From assembly GCA_000934665.2 (NCBI GenBank), contig JYFJ02002350.1:1-58620 (forward strand): 58,620 bases of DNA. Direction: 5' to 3'. The notes under the pieces are model-generated. The model searched no databases. It saw nothing but the letters and a program-made list of their open reading frames with translations, and was not told the origin of the DNA. Below, piece by piece: positions 38,404 through 51,309 of the stretch. Numbering within the stretch: the first letter of the stretch is position 1; the number at the start of each line of letters is the position of its first letter. The position numbers and the translations under genes were made by a program. The stretch comes from Catajapyx aquilonaris (Eukaryota).

Positions 38404-38720
38404 CTGTACTTTTCGAGGACTCTAACATATTATATTCTATTTAACCATGGCCGAAAACCATTTTAAAAGGCTACGCAAAAGATTCACCTCAAAGGACAAT
38501 AGAAATGTTTTGCTTGGAGGGCAATTAACACGAATAATAATTATTATTGGCACAAAGGTTCACCAAACACGAACAACGTACGACGGTCAAAGAAAACATT
38601 ACCTTCTGGGTAGTTCGCCCTCATATTACAAAAGCGTTTCAAGAAATAATCACTGTAATTTCATGATGAGATCACATGTGAGGCACTAACAAGAAATATC
38701 ACAGCTAAACACAGAGGTAC

Positions 38721-38812
38721 AGTGATGTCTCTTCTGGGCTGCTGTGCCTGTTGGTGTTGCTGCCTGTGCTGCTTCCTTTACTGCCACCACCATGGTCCTG
38801 CACTGGTCTATC
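38721..38812 (+). pseudogene. Degenerate partial copy of the Shisa-like paralogue 1 last exon
   Basis: Matches 35226-35315, but lacks the acceptor and the start of the TM helix; RRR has become CHH and the stop TAG has become TAT. Confidence 0.75.
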
Positions 38813-38979
38813 ATCAAGGAGCTTGTATCTTTGTCCTCTCCATTCCCTAACACTACCCATTCCTTAATCCACTCCCAACAAAAAGCTTCTTTCCCATGCA
38901 ATTCCTAGCAAAATTTAATACTCAACTTCAGGCAGAAGCATTCCAATATTCAGAGATTTGTTCAAATAATGCTCTCTCC

Positions 38980-39193
38980 TTACACAAGCGATGCCCTCTC
39001 CAGTGCTTCCTTTGCTTCCTGGGCTGAAATAATTCCTTCCACGACCAGCCCCAGAACCAGCTGCATCCGGGCATTCCCAATGAAGCTGTTGCGTAGGAAT
39101 ACTGGGAGTCCTGCATCTCCACCCTTGACACTGAAAACAGGCACTCGCACTGCACTCAGGACCTACCAAACAAACCACACCATGTTAATAATG

Positions 39194-39257
<64 letters not shown>

Positions 39258-40184
39258 GTTAATAAAATCTTGCCACCTATATGTTTTGTAATACTGGGTT
39301 CTGGGATTTCAAGTGTTCAAAAAATCTACCTGACAGCAGCCACCAGTATTGGAATATTATACTGAATTTCTTTAATAATAACTTGGCATTTTCATGAGCT
39401 GGATCATGCCATTAATGCATTGCGGATCTAAGACAAGTAAATGCGGTAGTGTAGAAAATAGATCTGCCAGGGTCTCATACTTGAGGCTTGGCCATTGAAT
39501 ATGAGAATGTGTCTCTGCACTTGCTTTGACATCCTTCACCCTTTCATGTGTAACAGACAGGTTCTTGCTCTGCTTTGTAGCCTTCACCTTGCCACTCTCT
39601 TGCAAAAAGTAGTTAATATGCTAATACCAATCTACCATTTTGTAATTACCTCTTTTCCAAAATGTTTCGCCTCATAAACTTGTCTCTCAATTTTCTGAAT
39701 CTGTTCAAGAGGAACCTTCACCGCATAGAAATGGGCAACAATGTTCCGGTTTTGAATGAGGTGCGAAAATCTGTAGTGTAGCCCTTCCTGGATGTCCACT
39801 TGTCCTGGGTCAAGCCCCATCTCCTCGCACAGCTCGCGATTGACCGCAGTCACAGCATCTCCATCCGTGTTATCCTGCACACCTCCTGGGAACCCAAGAT
39901 AGCCGTCACTTCGAAGCTGCATCTGAAACATCAAGAAAAACCTTTATTATTAACTGTTCGATAATGCTGGGATGAGTGCGTGTAATTACAAGAACAGCAG
40001 CCTTGGTGTTGCAGCCGTCCGCTGTGACAAGGTCCCACGGGGCGTGCAGCATGCAGTGGGCGACATGCCTGCAGCCACGGAGCTGTCCCACACCGCTGTA
40101 CGACTCCTCCTTGTCCACCCTCGGGAACAGCCCACCCTTGCACATCATCTCCTCCAACTCCGTGGAGTACGTGCTCGACGACAT
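38980..40184 (-). CDS. NUDT16: U8 snoRNA-decapping enzyme-like Nudix hydrolase, 3 exons, about 216 aa
   Basis: Exons 40184-39990, 39922-39650, 39162-38980 (all phase 0). Motifs HVAHCMLHAP, AAVLMQLRSDGYLGFPGG, Nudix box AVNRELCEEMGL, AHFYA, VRVPVF..GLPVFLRNSFIGNARMQL. Confidence 0.9.
39188..39256. repeat. (AAT)n microsatellite
   Basis: Near-perfect trinucleotide run in NUDT16 intron 2. Confidence 0.95.
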
Positions 40185-41979
40185 GTCCTACACTCCGCGT
40201 GTCACAAGGAAAAATAGTCAACTGTCTGTACCTGTAGCACACGTGTCGGCTCATACCGGAATGTTGGCAGTCCTCCTGGCAAAGTTGGCAGCTTCAGCAA
40301 GCACACGGCGCACGCGCTCAAAGACCGCCAACTTTGAACATGTCAGAGACAGCTTGCAGAGAGAGTACAGTTCATGGAATTAATTAATAATGCACTACAT
40401 ATAAAACCATTGCCAGTCAGAGGAGACAGTGAGGGGGAAAGTATGACAATGTGAGAAACGGTCAGGAAATGACAGAATATTCCAGGAACTCTAGGGCCAT
40501 GGAAATAGCGCAAGAATCAGTAATCGCACTCTCAGGAATTATGACTTGGGAGTCAGGAAGGTCCATGGCAAAGTAGTTTACTCGTTATAAGCTTGCCCAT
40601 GCTTGTATAGTTTGCACTGATTGCCGTACGTATATTTTGTAACTCTTCTCTGTAATGCATGTTCCACCAAAGAGCTCTCGGATATAAAAACGACGATTAA
40701 AGAAACAAGCAAATAAATAAATCCCTATTAATATCAAGCTGAAAATTCGTACATACAGGGTGGACGGAAAGTTTCGGACCCCCCCAGGTTTTTTAACCCT
40801 CCTTTTCACAGCGTCTTTTCACAGCGTCTTTTCACATCTTTTAAAAAGTCCACAAGCAGTTCTAATGTACACTATCTTTTGAAGCATAATCTCGAGAACA
40901 TCTGAGCACCTTCGCTCTCGCAATTCCATTAATAACTTGGCTTCTATGACTCATCTAAACATCCTATCTGTGTTGCGTTTATTTTGGTTGCCTTGGAGGA
41001 CCACTGGTCATATTCTGCGTCAGATAAGGTTTTTATGGCCCTTTTCCATGAGTTCCCCTTCATGCGAATGTTGTGAACTCACTCCTGACCTTATTTTTCG
41101 CATTGGTCCATAACCTGGTCCAATAAAAATTTGAAAAGGAATGCATGAAATGGCGGACCCGGATGCATTACTTTTGAATTCTCACATTGGTACCATCACA
41201 TTTGTCTCCATTTTTACTTTAAAATAATCTTTTGGTGCGAAAGGACGTGAACGAAAGGATGTGTCATGTTGATTAATTTACCAAGGTAGGACTGTTTACT
41301 GTCCTTTCCCGCCAAAAAGTTATTTTAAAGTAAAAACTAGAAAAACCCTCGCTCCGCTCGAATTTTTCTATGGCGCAGGCGTAGAAAACCGCTCGCTTCG
41401 CTCGCGTTTTTCTACGCCTGCGGTGGACACCGCATTTTAAATCGCTTCCGACTTATAGCCAGTGATGATGCCCATCCCCCAATCATATGTGTACTCCCAC
41501 CCCACCCCTTTCCTCCGTCCGTGATTCTGAACTGCTATCCACGATTCCGCACTACCTTGCGAACCGTCTGAAATCCCACCTTTGCATTGCATTGGCTGGG
41601 AAATACTCTGCATGCATTTGCTCACCTCAACATACCAATTCCTTTTGAATATTTAAAAACCCCAATAAATTATTGTACAAACAGAAATTCACAACCTTTA
41701 CCGCCTCTATACTCGCATGCACTCATCGCACACATGTATCTAAATTATATTATGCACACTTTCAGACCAGGTTTTGTGACTGCTTCATAATCATCACTCC
41801 CCTTTATTATAAACATCCATGGAACTCTGCAGAAAGACGATCAAGTACTGATTTCATTATTCTTCCCGACAATTTCTTTTGATATTCTCGACCTATTCCC
41901 TGGTTCAGTGTTGAATGTCGCAGCCAATCCTGCTTACAAACTCTCCCTGCGGTGTTGACAGGAGGTTGACCTTCTTTAA

Positions 41980-42881
41980 CCCTTTGACGACTACGGACAT
42001 CATTATTATTATGATGTCCGAGCTTACATTGCTGCCGCAGGGCCTACGGACATCATAATTATGATGTCTTGAGATTTGCCCTGACAACTTGGGACATTTT
42101 TCAACTCGTAAAATTCCGACCTCACCGATGTTCTTGAAATTTGGTGCATTGGTAGCCCACACCAGGGGATGAAAACGCATCTATAGTTACCTGCTCGAAA
42201 TTGACCCACATTGGAGGGGGGCATATGTCAATGCACCGAATTTCAAGAAAATCGGTGAGGGCTGAATCTGACCTCTACCCCCCTCCAATATGGGTCGCAG
42301 GGTCCTTTTGGGCTTATATCGGGTTTACAGGCCATTCGCCGAATCAATTAGGAAACAGTACTGTACCTGCGCCTTGCTGACCCTTCTTTGAATCGTCGTT
42401 TTGCTACTGGGTTTGAAGTTGGGGGAGTGACCAGGGACCCCGGAATTAATTCCTGGAGCTGAAGCAGAATGCAGATGGGAGCCAAATATGGGAGCAATGT
42501 TGTCATTGTTGCCGAATCGTATGATGCTAGGTAAGGAACAAACCCAACGATGAAAATGTGGAAATCGTGACTAATTGATTCGGCGAATGGCCTGTAAACT
42601 CGACTTCAGCCGGTGCCGTTTTTCATCCCTTGGGGTGGGCTACCATTGCACCGAATTTCAAGCAAATCGGTGAGGTCGGAATTTTATGACTTGACCTCTG
42701 CCCCCCCCTCAAAAATGGGTCACAGGGTCATTTTGATCAGGTAACGATAGGTAATCCGGGTAATCCGGGCAGTCCGCGGATTATTATTCATTAAAAATAT
42801 CACGCTTCATCAAATTTCCGGAAAAGGGGAAAAAGAACTCAGGCCCTAAGGCAATGGCTCAAAAACTCCGTCGTCAAAAGG
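41980..42881. mobile_element. piggyBac-like MITE nested in the Helitron
   Basis: TTAA|CCCTTTGACGAC ... GTCGTCAAAAGG|TAAA (12-bp TIR with 1 mismatch, right TSD imperfect); internal inverted blocks at about 42100-42180 and 42615-42690. Confidence 0.5.
42328..42594. mobile_element. Small TA-flanked MITE
   Basis: TA|CAGGCCATTCGCCGAATCAATTAG ... CTAATTGATTCGGCGAATGGCCTG|TA, perfect 24-bp TIRs. Confidence 0.7.
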
Positions 42882-44167
42882 TAAAAAAACTGAAATATGC
42901 TTTATAAACGTCCACGGAGTGGGCAGTTTGGCACCACTGCACTGATAAACAATATCCCGACCGTAGTCCAATGTTCGGCTTGTTTACGGCTTCCATTATT
43001 GTCCCCCTCCTCTGTTGTGAGGTCACCGTGAATAAGACGTGGGTATAGAAGGGTAGGTGGAAGGGTGGCCAGGGGTCTTCACGGGAGAGGAGATGCGTCC
43101 TCGTTGACGTCCAGCAAGCGACTGAGGCGTTCTCCCACCCATTGCGCATGCTCGGATCGGGGGCCAATCGGAGGCGTCGTGGTAACAGTGCGTCATGGAT
43201 ACGACGCAGCAACAATGGACGGGGGCCAATGGGAAGAGGTGGCGGCAACAATACGGGGGCGGACCAATCAGAGGGCTCGGTCAAGCAACGCAAGCATTTT
43301 AATATTATAGATGGAGACAAATGTGATGGTACCAATTTGAAAGTAATGCATCCGGGTCCGCCATTTAATGCATTCCTTTTCAAATTTTTATTGGACCAGG
43401 TTATGGACCAATGCGAAAAATAAGGTCAGGAGTGAGTTCACAACATTTGCATGAAGGGGAAGGGTAATAAAAACCTTATCTGACACAGAATATGACCCGG
43501 AATCCTCCAAGGCAACAAGCAAAATAAACGCAAAACAGATAGGATGTTTAGATGAGTCACAGAAGCCAAGTTATTAATGGAATTGCGAGAGCGAAGGTGC
43601 TCGCTATCAGATGTTCTCGAGATTATGCTTCAAAAGATAGTGTACATTAGAACTGCTTGTGGACTTTTAAAAGATAAAGATGTGAAAAGACGCTGTGAAA
43701 AGTAGGGTTAAAAAACCTGGGGGGGGGGGGGGTCCGAAACTTTCCGTCCACCCTGTATATTTGTATATATTTATCACGCCTAATTAAACCACTTCCCGGA
43801 TACGGAGAGCGCTGAAACTTCTCATAGCCATGTCTTACCCAAAGAGCTCTTTGGTCTTATACCTTTCGGTGATCCCGGCAAAAGTCCAAAAACCGCATTT
43901 ATTTGAGCCTAAAAGGCTGTTTTCAGTAACCTTTGCAATTGCCTAGCAACCTTCGCTGTCAACAACCAAAAGCAAGCCAAAAGTAAGGATCTTCCTTCCA
44001 ACTTCCTTCCTTCTAATAGCATGTTGACCACTAAGCACGGACAGGGCACGGACTATGATTGTATTTAACAACGAGTATAATTGGGCACAATTTCAACATA
44101 AAGAAGTAATTCATTACCACATACTTGACTATAATATACGGTATCCCTGAAAAACTGCCATGACTAA

Positions 44168-44300
44168 GGGCCGGTGTCACCGAGCTCGGTATATTATGAT
44201 AAAACCAGGTTTCTTTCAAAAAAAAAATCCTTACATATTTGTATGTATTTCCCATAAGAAACCTTGTTTTATCATATACCGAGCTCGGTGAAACCGGCCC
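44168..44300. mobile_element. PIF/Harbinger (Tourist-like) MITE
   Basis: TAA|GGGCCGGTGTCACCGAGCTCGGTATA ... TATACCGAGCTCGGTGAAACCGGCCC|TAA; 3-bp TAA TSD. Confidence 0.8.
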
Positions 44301-45367
44301 TAAATGAACTTACTTATCCTCACAGATCACCAATCTTCAACAGGTGGTACGTAGAGGGTCCATGAATGTAGCTGATGTAATGGCTGATTTATAAGTAGCC
44401 TACAGTAATTTTGAATTTTTCTCATAACATGCGATCGTTCATATAAGGTCAGTTCTTTCCGAATCCATTCTATCCTAACCACTGTTACTATATATTTAGT
44501 CTAATTGTAAGTTATAAACAGGACTGGTAAGTCATTAATATATTAATAGGCACACTTACTGGCACTATACGTTTCAAATTATATGGAAAGGAACCCTGCA
44601 GATATGATGTTACAAATGTGTTTTAGGCTGACTTCCGGCAAACTTCTACAGGGAGAAAACAAAATTCGCTAGAAGCATAGCCAAAAAATTTCCTGGAAAG
44701 GAGAATACATTATGCCTACTACAGAGAGTCGATCGGTTCTACGGATCGATGACTCATATACGAGATTTCCCGGAAATAAATTGCAGCTCGTCTCCGAAAA
44801 GATACCCACAATACTCGGTAATGCTCTCGCCAATGCTTTAAAAAAAAATGATGCGTGGGAATGTACTGGCATTTACAGCGTATTGTCTCGCACAAACCCG
44901 ATTATGCTTAGAGTAGAAATGAATGGACAGTTTCTGCAAATATGCATCTATACAGCAAGTGCACTACGTCCTGTTGCAAGCAGGGGACAGCCTTTTGGCA
45001 AATTCATCGAGGTATACCAGTCATCGTGCTTTCAATTTGCATCATGGAAGAAGGTATGGTACCGTGTAGTGTTTGGCGAGTCATAAGGCTGCCATATTGT
45101 GCAAGATATCGATTGATGTGTATACATCGGATGGTGTGGTTCCTTCCTCTCCCGCCACGATCATTGGTTTTCCCTCTCTGCCCATGCGTCTTGCTGGCCT
45201 TGTCTTGCCTAGTCAACGTGGTTCCCAGGCAAGGACAGCCCAGAACATCAGTCACCACTGAGGGAGAAGTCAGTTCCAGACCGACTTGGGTCCTTCGTCT
45301 TGTCAGTACCTCACGCACGACTAGAGTGGAAAGCTCGGCTGCACCATAAGAATAATCCAGTGTCAGT

Positions 45368-46132
45368 ATGGCACCTGTTAACGCCGGACTGTTGCTCTCG
45401 TTAGCAGGCACATTTCTATTGCGCGCTGCTACTGCAGGTAACTTTACTATGCATTATTATTGTACAGCGCAATAGCTGATCCGGTCATAAATTCTCGCCA
45501 AACTGGTGCGTGTGTGCTGTGACCAATACTTCAATATATTTCAGTTGAAAGCCGAAAGTGCGACAGAATAGTGCCTGTAACTACCCTGGGAGTCACGTTC
45601 CACTGTCCTACGCCTTTTGATTCTGCCAGTGACACATACTGTTGCGGTCCTGCAGATGAGCGGCATTGTTGCAGCGACCCTTTTCAGGACGAATCCGTTG
45701 TCCGGTAAGATTTCATTCTGTTAATGGCAGTAATACGTAGATTGAGTGTAGCTATATTGCACTTTTTTTACAGCATTAAAACGGCTTGTACGTAGTACAT
45801 TTGCACAGCAACATGGCCGCAAGTGTCACACACTTATCAGATCATACTTGTACGATCAGTATGGTCACTTCATCCTGGGCTTTAGATAACCTACTCGCTT
45901 CTTTTGATGTGCATGTTGCCGCCATGTCAGGCGCATATGTTGCAGAGTATAATATGGTTGTGCTGGATTTCAGGTGTTCATTAAAGGTTTTCTCTTTCCT
46001 GATAGGTGGGGAATCACAATAGGCATTGTGGTGACAATTGTGCTGTCTATAGTGATATGCTTCGGCTATTGCTGTTGCTCTCCTGGCAGTTTCCTCAACC
46101 AACGACGACACACCAGATTTGCAATGGTGTAG
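45368..46132 (+). CDS. Shisa-like single-pass membrane protein, paralogue 2
   Basis: Exons 45368-45437 (signal), 45545-45704 (C..FHCP..YCCG..HCC), 46006-46132 (TM, YCCCSP, QRRH); same intron phases as paralogue 1. Confidence 0.85.
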
Positions 46133-48021
46133 TTATGGACATACGGACAGCACTTGACATCGTCTTCCTCCACGAGTCGCCTCACCTACTAGTGTAATAT
46201 TTTCAATCAGACAGACATATCGACAGACTCAACAGGCCAGGGAGAAGAACGAGATATAGTCTACTTTCCTGCCGCCACTTTCAAAATAGTCTTCACATTT
46301 GGGTCGGTCCCATTCAGGAATAAAAAGGACGATTCAATTAATTACAGTATTTTCAAAGATGTATAGCATGATGCAGAGTGCAGAGGATGTCTTTTGTCTA
46401 CCTGGTCACATGTTGTATGCCCAAGATGTGAATCACTTAATTACCTTTCATAGCAGTTTCTTCCGGTGGAGATCGTTGTGCAATAAGTCAAATCTTTAAT
46501 TCTTTGCTCAATTATTATTATCGAATACTATTGGTTGAATACCCTAAGACTGCAGCGGAAGTGTGACTATTTACCATGTCACTTATTGTAACTCCCTCTG
46601 TGCTAACTTCCGCTGCAATCTGAGAATAGATTCCTTGTATGTAGCCTACCGTAATGGCATCTCCCGGAGTTTCCAAGATATGCAAACAGAAATCATAAAC
46701 CAATAAATTATCAACCAAATAAGGAATGATTGATATGGCTTCAAAGATGTATGATTATTTTGTCGCTGTAGTTAAGTGTTTCTAAATAATGACCTATCAT
46801 GCAAAGTTTGCTATTTTTGGTTACAAAGTTCCGTCTATAATGCGAGGCAGAAAACACACAGTCAATTCTTCCGTTTTATATGTGCAAGACGCGAAAAAAG
46901 TATCCAAATCACATGCGAATTGTGCGAATATGTAAAGTACTTCCTCCATACTTTGTTTTGTGTCATTACTTTATAACTGAGCTGCTGGTGTTTTGTTGTT
47001 CTAGCTCACTAGCTCACTATAAACCTGCAAAGTTAGTCGGTACTTCTTTGCCACATGTTTATAATATATATTTATTTTGGGTCATTTACAGTCTTAGTAT
47101 ACGCAATATTTTCTGTACGTAATAAAATACGAAGTGACAACACCATTTTAATATACGGTACTGTTGGGCTTTGTGGTAAGTCAGCTAAAGAAAGAAAAAA
47201 GGCGGAAAATTACGTATAATGTACGTAATATATCATGCGAATGAATGAAAACTAAAATGTTTATTATTTTCACATAATTATGATCTACATTTGAAAAGAA
47301 GTTCCAATACAATATGTATCTGATTATTGATAAATAAAAACTCAACCAAAAATTGGTCAACTGAGACAGGTTTTTTTTGAAACGCAGCAGATTGTCTATT
47401 GATCCATGAAACCATGATAGGGCAATTAAATATGGATCACTGATATCACACCAGCAGGATTGGGTTTTTCGGAGATGACGTATAGCAGGAAGTCGAAAGT
47501 AAAATAATGTACTGTTAGATTGTGCTTATTGGTCAATGTTTAAAAATCTGTTGCTTTAAAGATGACAGTGATTTAGGTATTTTGTGTTAATGGTACTCAT
47601 AAAGATATACGAAAAACGAGTGCCTGCAATGACACTTGATCGATGGCACAATACACCTTTTTAAACAGCAAGTTCGTTTTAAAATCCGAAGGCTGAAAAA
47701 AGCTAATACGACTTTTTATTGAATAACTCATTTTGCTGTCTGTTCAATAGTAATCTTTGGTGAAAGCAACCCTTTGAGTTGCCATAATAAAATTTGTTTA
47801 TCTCTTATGCATGCTAAGGGTCACAGATAACAGAAGTAAGCAGTTCAACGTATTATACACAAAGCAGCAGGTATCAGTGTTGGTAAAGATAGTGCAGATA
47901 CGAATTTATGGCCTCTAGCGTATCAGGCACAAATGTCTCATTTTCCTTGTATCGATACACCTCACAAGCCTGCATTTCCAGCGTTAAACAGCATCCATCT
48001 GGGCAAAATAATACGTGTAAC

Positions 48022-49056
48022 ATGACTGTGACGGCTTTGCTGGGATTGCTGCTATTATCAGCCACCACCATCTGGCATGAAGGTACTGTGCAGTTCGTGA
48101 CACCAACAAATAAAATATTGGATTGGAATTTTGAAATTGCTTGCCCCATTTCTAGAGTAGTAATTCCAAAAAAAAAAAAAAAAATTGTAGGGGGTGGGTG
48201 GAGGGATTTCCATGTCGATTTAAAGGGGTAGGAAAGGAGAAGGGGGTAGGCTTTTATTGCCAAAATTACATCCTTTTGCATGCCCAAATATTTGCAAGTT
48301 TTGCAGAAAGTTAGTCCCAGTCTGAGGCACTTGTTACGTCTTTGTATTTAGCTGTTACTCTGAACTCTGAAGGNGGGGGGGGGGGACGCGCATAGTTTAG
48401 TGTGAACTGAAGCGACAATATTTCCAGTCAGAGTTACGCTTACAAAACATTTTTTCCACCACGAATGTTGGGCAATTTTTTAATCATCCGCTTTTTTTGC
48501 AGTTGAAAGTCGACAGTGTGAGCTGAAATTTCCCATACGCCTACACAGCAATGACATTGGCATTACTTTCAATTGCCCCGACTTCGCTGATGCTAAAGAC
48601 GCCATATATTGTTGCGGCCCCGAAAAAGAGCGCCATTGTTGCAACAACCCTCTAGAGGAAGAATGGATTGTTATGTGAGTACCACTTGAAAATTTAAAAC
48701 AAGCCCAACTGGCGTGTCGGTTATTGGTTAGGTATTTGGCAGTTCAAGGCGGTTCAAGGTGCTGGGGGGAGGTTTACCGATTGTTTCATTTTGAGGCAAG
48801 GTGTCTTGAATTCTGATTGCTCATAACTCATTGTACAGTAGCCTACATTACTTTGTGATTATATGCACATTTCCCTTCACGATATAGGTGGATCATCATA
48901 GGAAGTGTAGTGGGAACCTTAATAATACTTGTCGTGGGCATCTGGGCATGTTGCTTCTGGTGCCGTGGCTGCTACCTCTACCGTCGTCGACACGGATTTT
49001 CGTCAGTCAGATATGGTAGATCTACCCGATCTACCACCGTCACGCGCTATAGATGA
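48022..49056 (+). CDS. Shisa-like single-pass membrane protein, paralogue 3
   Basis: Exons 48022-48082 (signal MTVTALLGLLLLSATTIWHE), 48503-48674 (C..FNCP..YCCG..HCC), 48888-49056 (TM, CCFWCRGC, YRRRH, R/S/T tail). Confidence 0.85.
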
Positions 49057-49315
49057 AAGCAACAGCATTCATCAGCAGTGGCTCCTCAAGGTTAAAAAAA
49101 CAACAAAAAAAACAGGTGAATACTCCTCAGTTTGTGTAGAGTACGAATTTGTTGTGGCTGGTAACTCATGTGGACAGCAGTGTTTGACTATCATCAACAT
49201 AATTATTAAAAATTAGGAACTACAATCTAATAAAATGTTGGTAAATGTGTTATTCAGTATTCGTATTCTCCAGGGTCCATATTGCACCATGTTCTGAATG
49301 AAATAAAACATGTAA

Positions 49316-49619
49316 AGTAGGAATCAGAACATGATGAACTTCAAAAAATAAAATTAAAAAATAAAAATAAAAAAATAAAAAAGGTAGAACTGTACTGCAA
49401 CATTGCAAGGGTTTGGGCTGGGCACAGTACCCCAGTGAAAAAATCCACATGGACATCCACATAGATCCATGTGGACTTTTCGGCTATAAGCCCAAGGATA
49501 GATTAGGAAGGGTCTCACTTATCTGACCCCCTCCTACCATGACCAGACCAAACCCTTGCACTGTTGCAATTTACAGCTCTACAATTTTTTTTAAAGTTCA
49601 TCATATTCTGATTCCTACT
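49316..49619. mobile_element. Palindromic MITE
   Basis: agtaggaatcagaacatgatgaactt / aagttcatcatattctgattcctact, plus inner inverted tgcaagggtttgg / ccaaacccttgca. Confidence 0.7.
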
Positions 49620-50289
49620 ATAAGGCTATTCAAACTAGAATGCGACTGACTCAGGATACTTGAGGCTATGCTTGAGGCAATCCGAAGGGATAAAATGAAA
49701 TAATTATTCAGGGTTTATTTCCTGGAGTTCCCAGAAGCCCTGTGAATCATCAGGATGAGCTTATACATTATCTTTCATCAATTTGCTTGCTTTGCATGCA
49801 TTACAGAATGATACACACTATAAATGACCAACAGCAACATGCTATAATTACGGTTTTCAAAAGAAGCGGACAGAAATTATTGTCACCTTGACCTGTGAGG
49901 TTCTCAAGAGTGTTTAGAATCAAATCGGGTGATCTGGGAAGTGATTTTGATTTCCAAATTACTTACTACTGTGCCAATGTAGGGTACCATAGTAATTTTG
50001 CAGTGCAGTGACAAACTGAGATAATGGCCAATCCAAATCTCAAAAAAAGATTAAATGATTTGAACAGCAGGGTCATAATGTCAAAATGAAATCATCCAAA
50101 CATGTGTATCTACAATCAGTGCCGGATCTGGTTTTGGTTTCAAAATATTCCAGGAAGACTCTGGAAAACACTCCACCTTGTATAGAAGATTAAACTCATC
50201 TGTTAAATTCATTTAGGTCTGCATGCCATTCCAGTATTGACATGGGTTTGCCTTTGGAACAAAATATGCCACATGACTATGAATTCAAT

Positions 50290-50397
<108 letters not shown>

Positions 50398-50720
50398 CCG
50401 GGTAGTGCTTTGACCCCTCTGGGGGTATTGCACAGACCTTTATTATTAACTTCATGTACAACTTGTGTTCAACTGGAACCTTTAACGAAGTGCCTGGGCC
50501 CATGGGAAAGGATGAGTGTGAGGTGTGAGGGGAAGTGCAAGGTGCAGTGCAATGTCTCATATGGTCATTTTGTGAGATCCCCTGGGTGGTTAGTCTCAAG
50601 GAATTCCACGTGACACCCCAAGACGACCCAACTCTGCATAGGGGGGAATGCCCAGGCTTGGGATCGAACATGGGACTCTTACAACTGTGGGCGAGTACCT
50701 TTCTGGAACGCCACTCCGCC
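50398..50720 (-). mobile_element. tRNA-derived SINE, copy 2
   Basis: Reverse complement begins ggcggagtggcgtt...gttcgatccc (B box) and aligns along its length with 36606-36920. Confidence 0.8.
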
Positions 50721-51309
50721 TCCCCTGTACAGATTCAATGTTCTAATTGACATAGCAATTCAAATTAATTTCTTGAAGTACTGAATCAATATTGTGTAGT
50801 GAAGTAATTGAAATGTGGACTATGCACACCAACGCATAGTTCAATTTTTCGAAATTAATTTTCTCAAAATAATATTTTTTCACATACACACCGTTTCGTC
50901 CTTGAGCGAATTGTAACATCTTAACAGATATACACAATGGTAAATCCCATCTTGTTACTGGTCATACCAGCTCTTGGTCATACTCACAAAGCAGAAGAAA
51001 GGGATACTGAAAAATTCAGTTCTTTGAATCAACCAAATCTCAATAGGAAGCATGATTGAAAATGCTCTTTATTGTCCACTTGAAATACCTTATCCTAAGG
51101 TTACGATTCACTATATTAACATTCTGGTGCCCATTATGTCTTCAATTAGTAATAAGGTTGGCTACCAAATAATCCAGCACAATAATTAATAAATAATTCA
51201 GGTACAATTTTTCTAAGTACATTCATTGATAAATCATGGCCATTTAATGTGGGATTGTGCATAATGTTAATTTCAACATTACAATCATGATGGATCATTT
51301 TATTGTCAA

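Larger units (their letters stand above)
41337..43311 (-). mobile_element. Non-autonomous Helitron
   Basis: Minus-strand 5' A|TCTATAATATTAAAA, 3' CTAG|T, and subterminal GC-rich hairpins (gcgagcgaagcgagc). Removing it restores taaagtaaaaatggagacaaatg, the exact mirror of the host's left arm, with no TSD. Confidence 0.85.
40756..43755. mobile_element. Tc1/mariner-type foldback MITE (about 1 kb palindrome) interrupted by a Helitron
   Basis: TA|CAGGGTGGACGGAAAGTTTCGGACCC ... GGGTCCGAAACTTTCCGTCCACCCTG|TA; inverted arms of about 450 bp continue exactly across the Helitron insertion point. Confidence 0.9.

Noticed and set aside
42874..43423. ORFs inside the Helitron as Rep/helicase or a captured gene
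   Set aside because: No HUH or helicase motifs and no recognisable host protein; some span the element boundary.
46548..46620. Hairpin as a pre-miRNA
   Set aside because: Only a stem of about 15 bp with a large branched loop, unlike a typical pre-miRNA.
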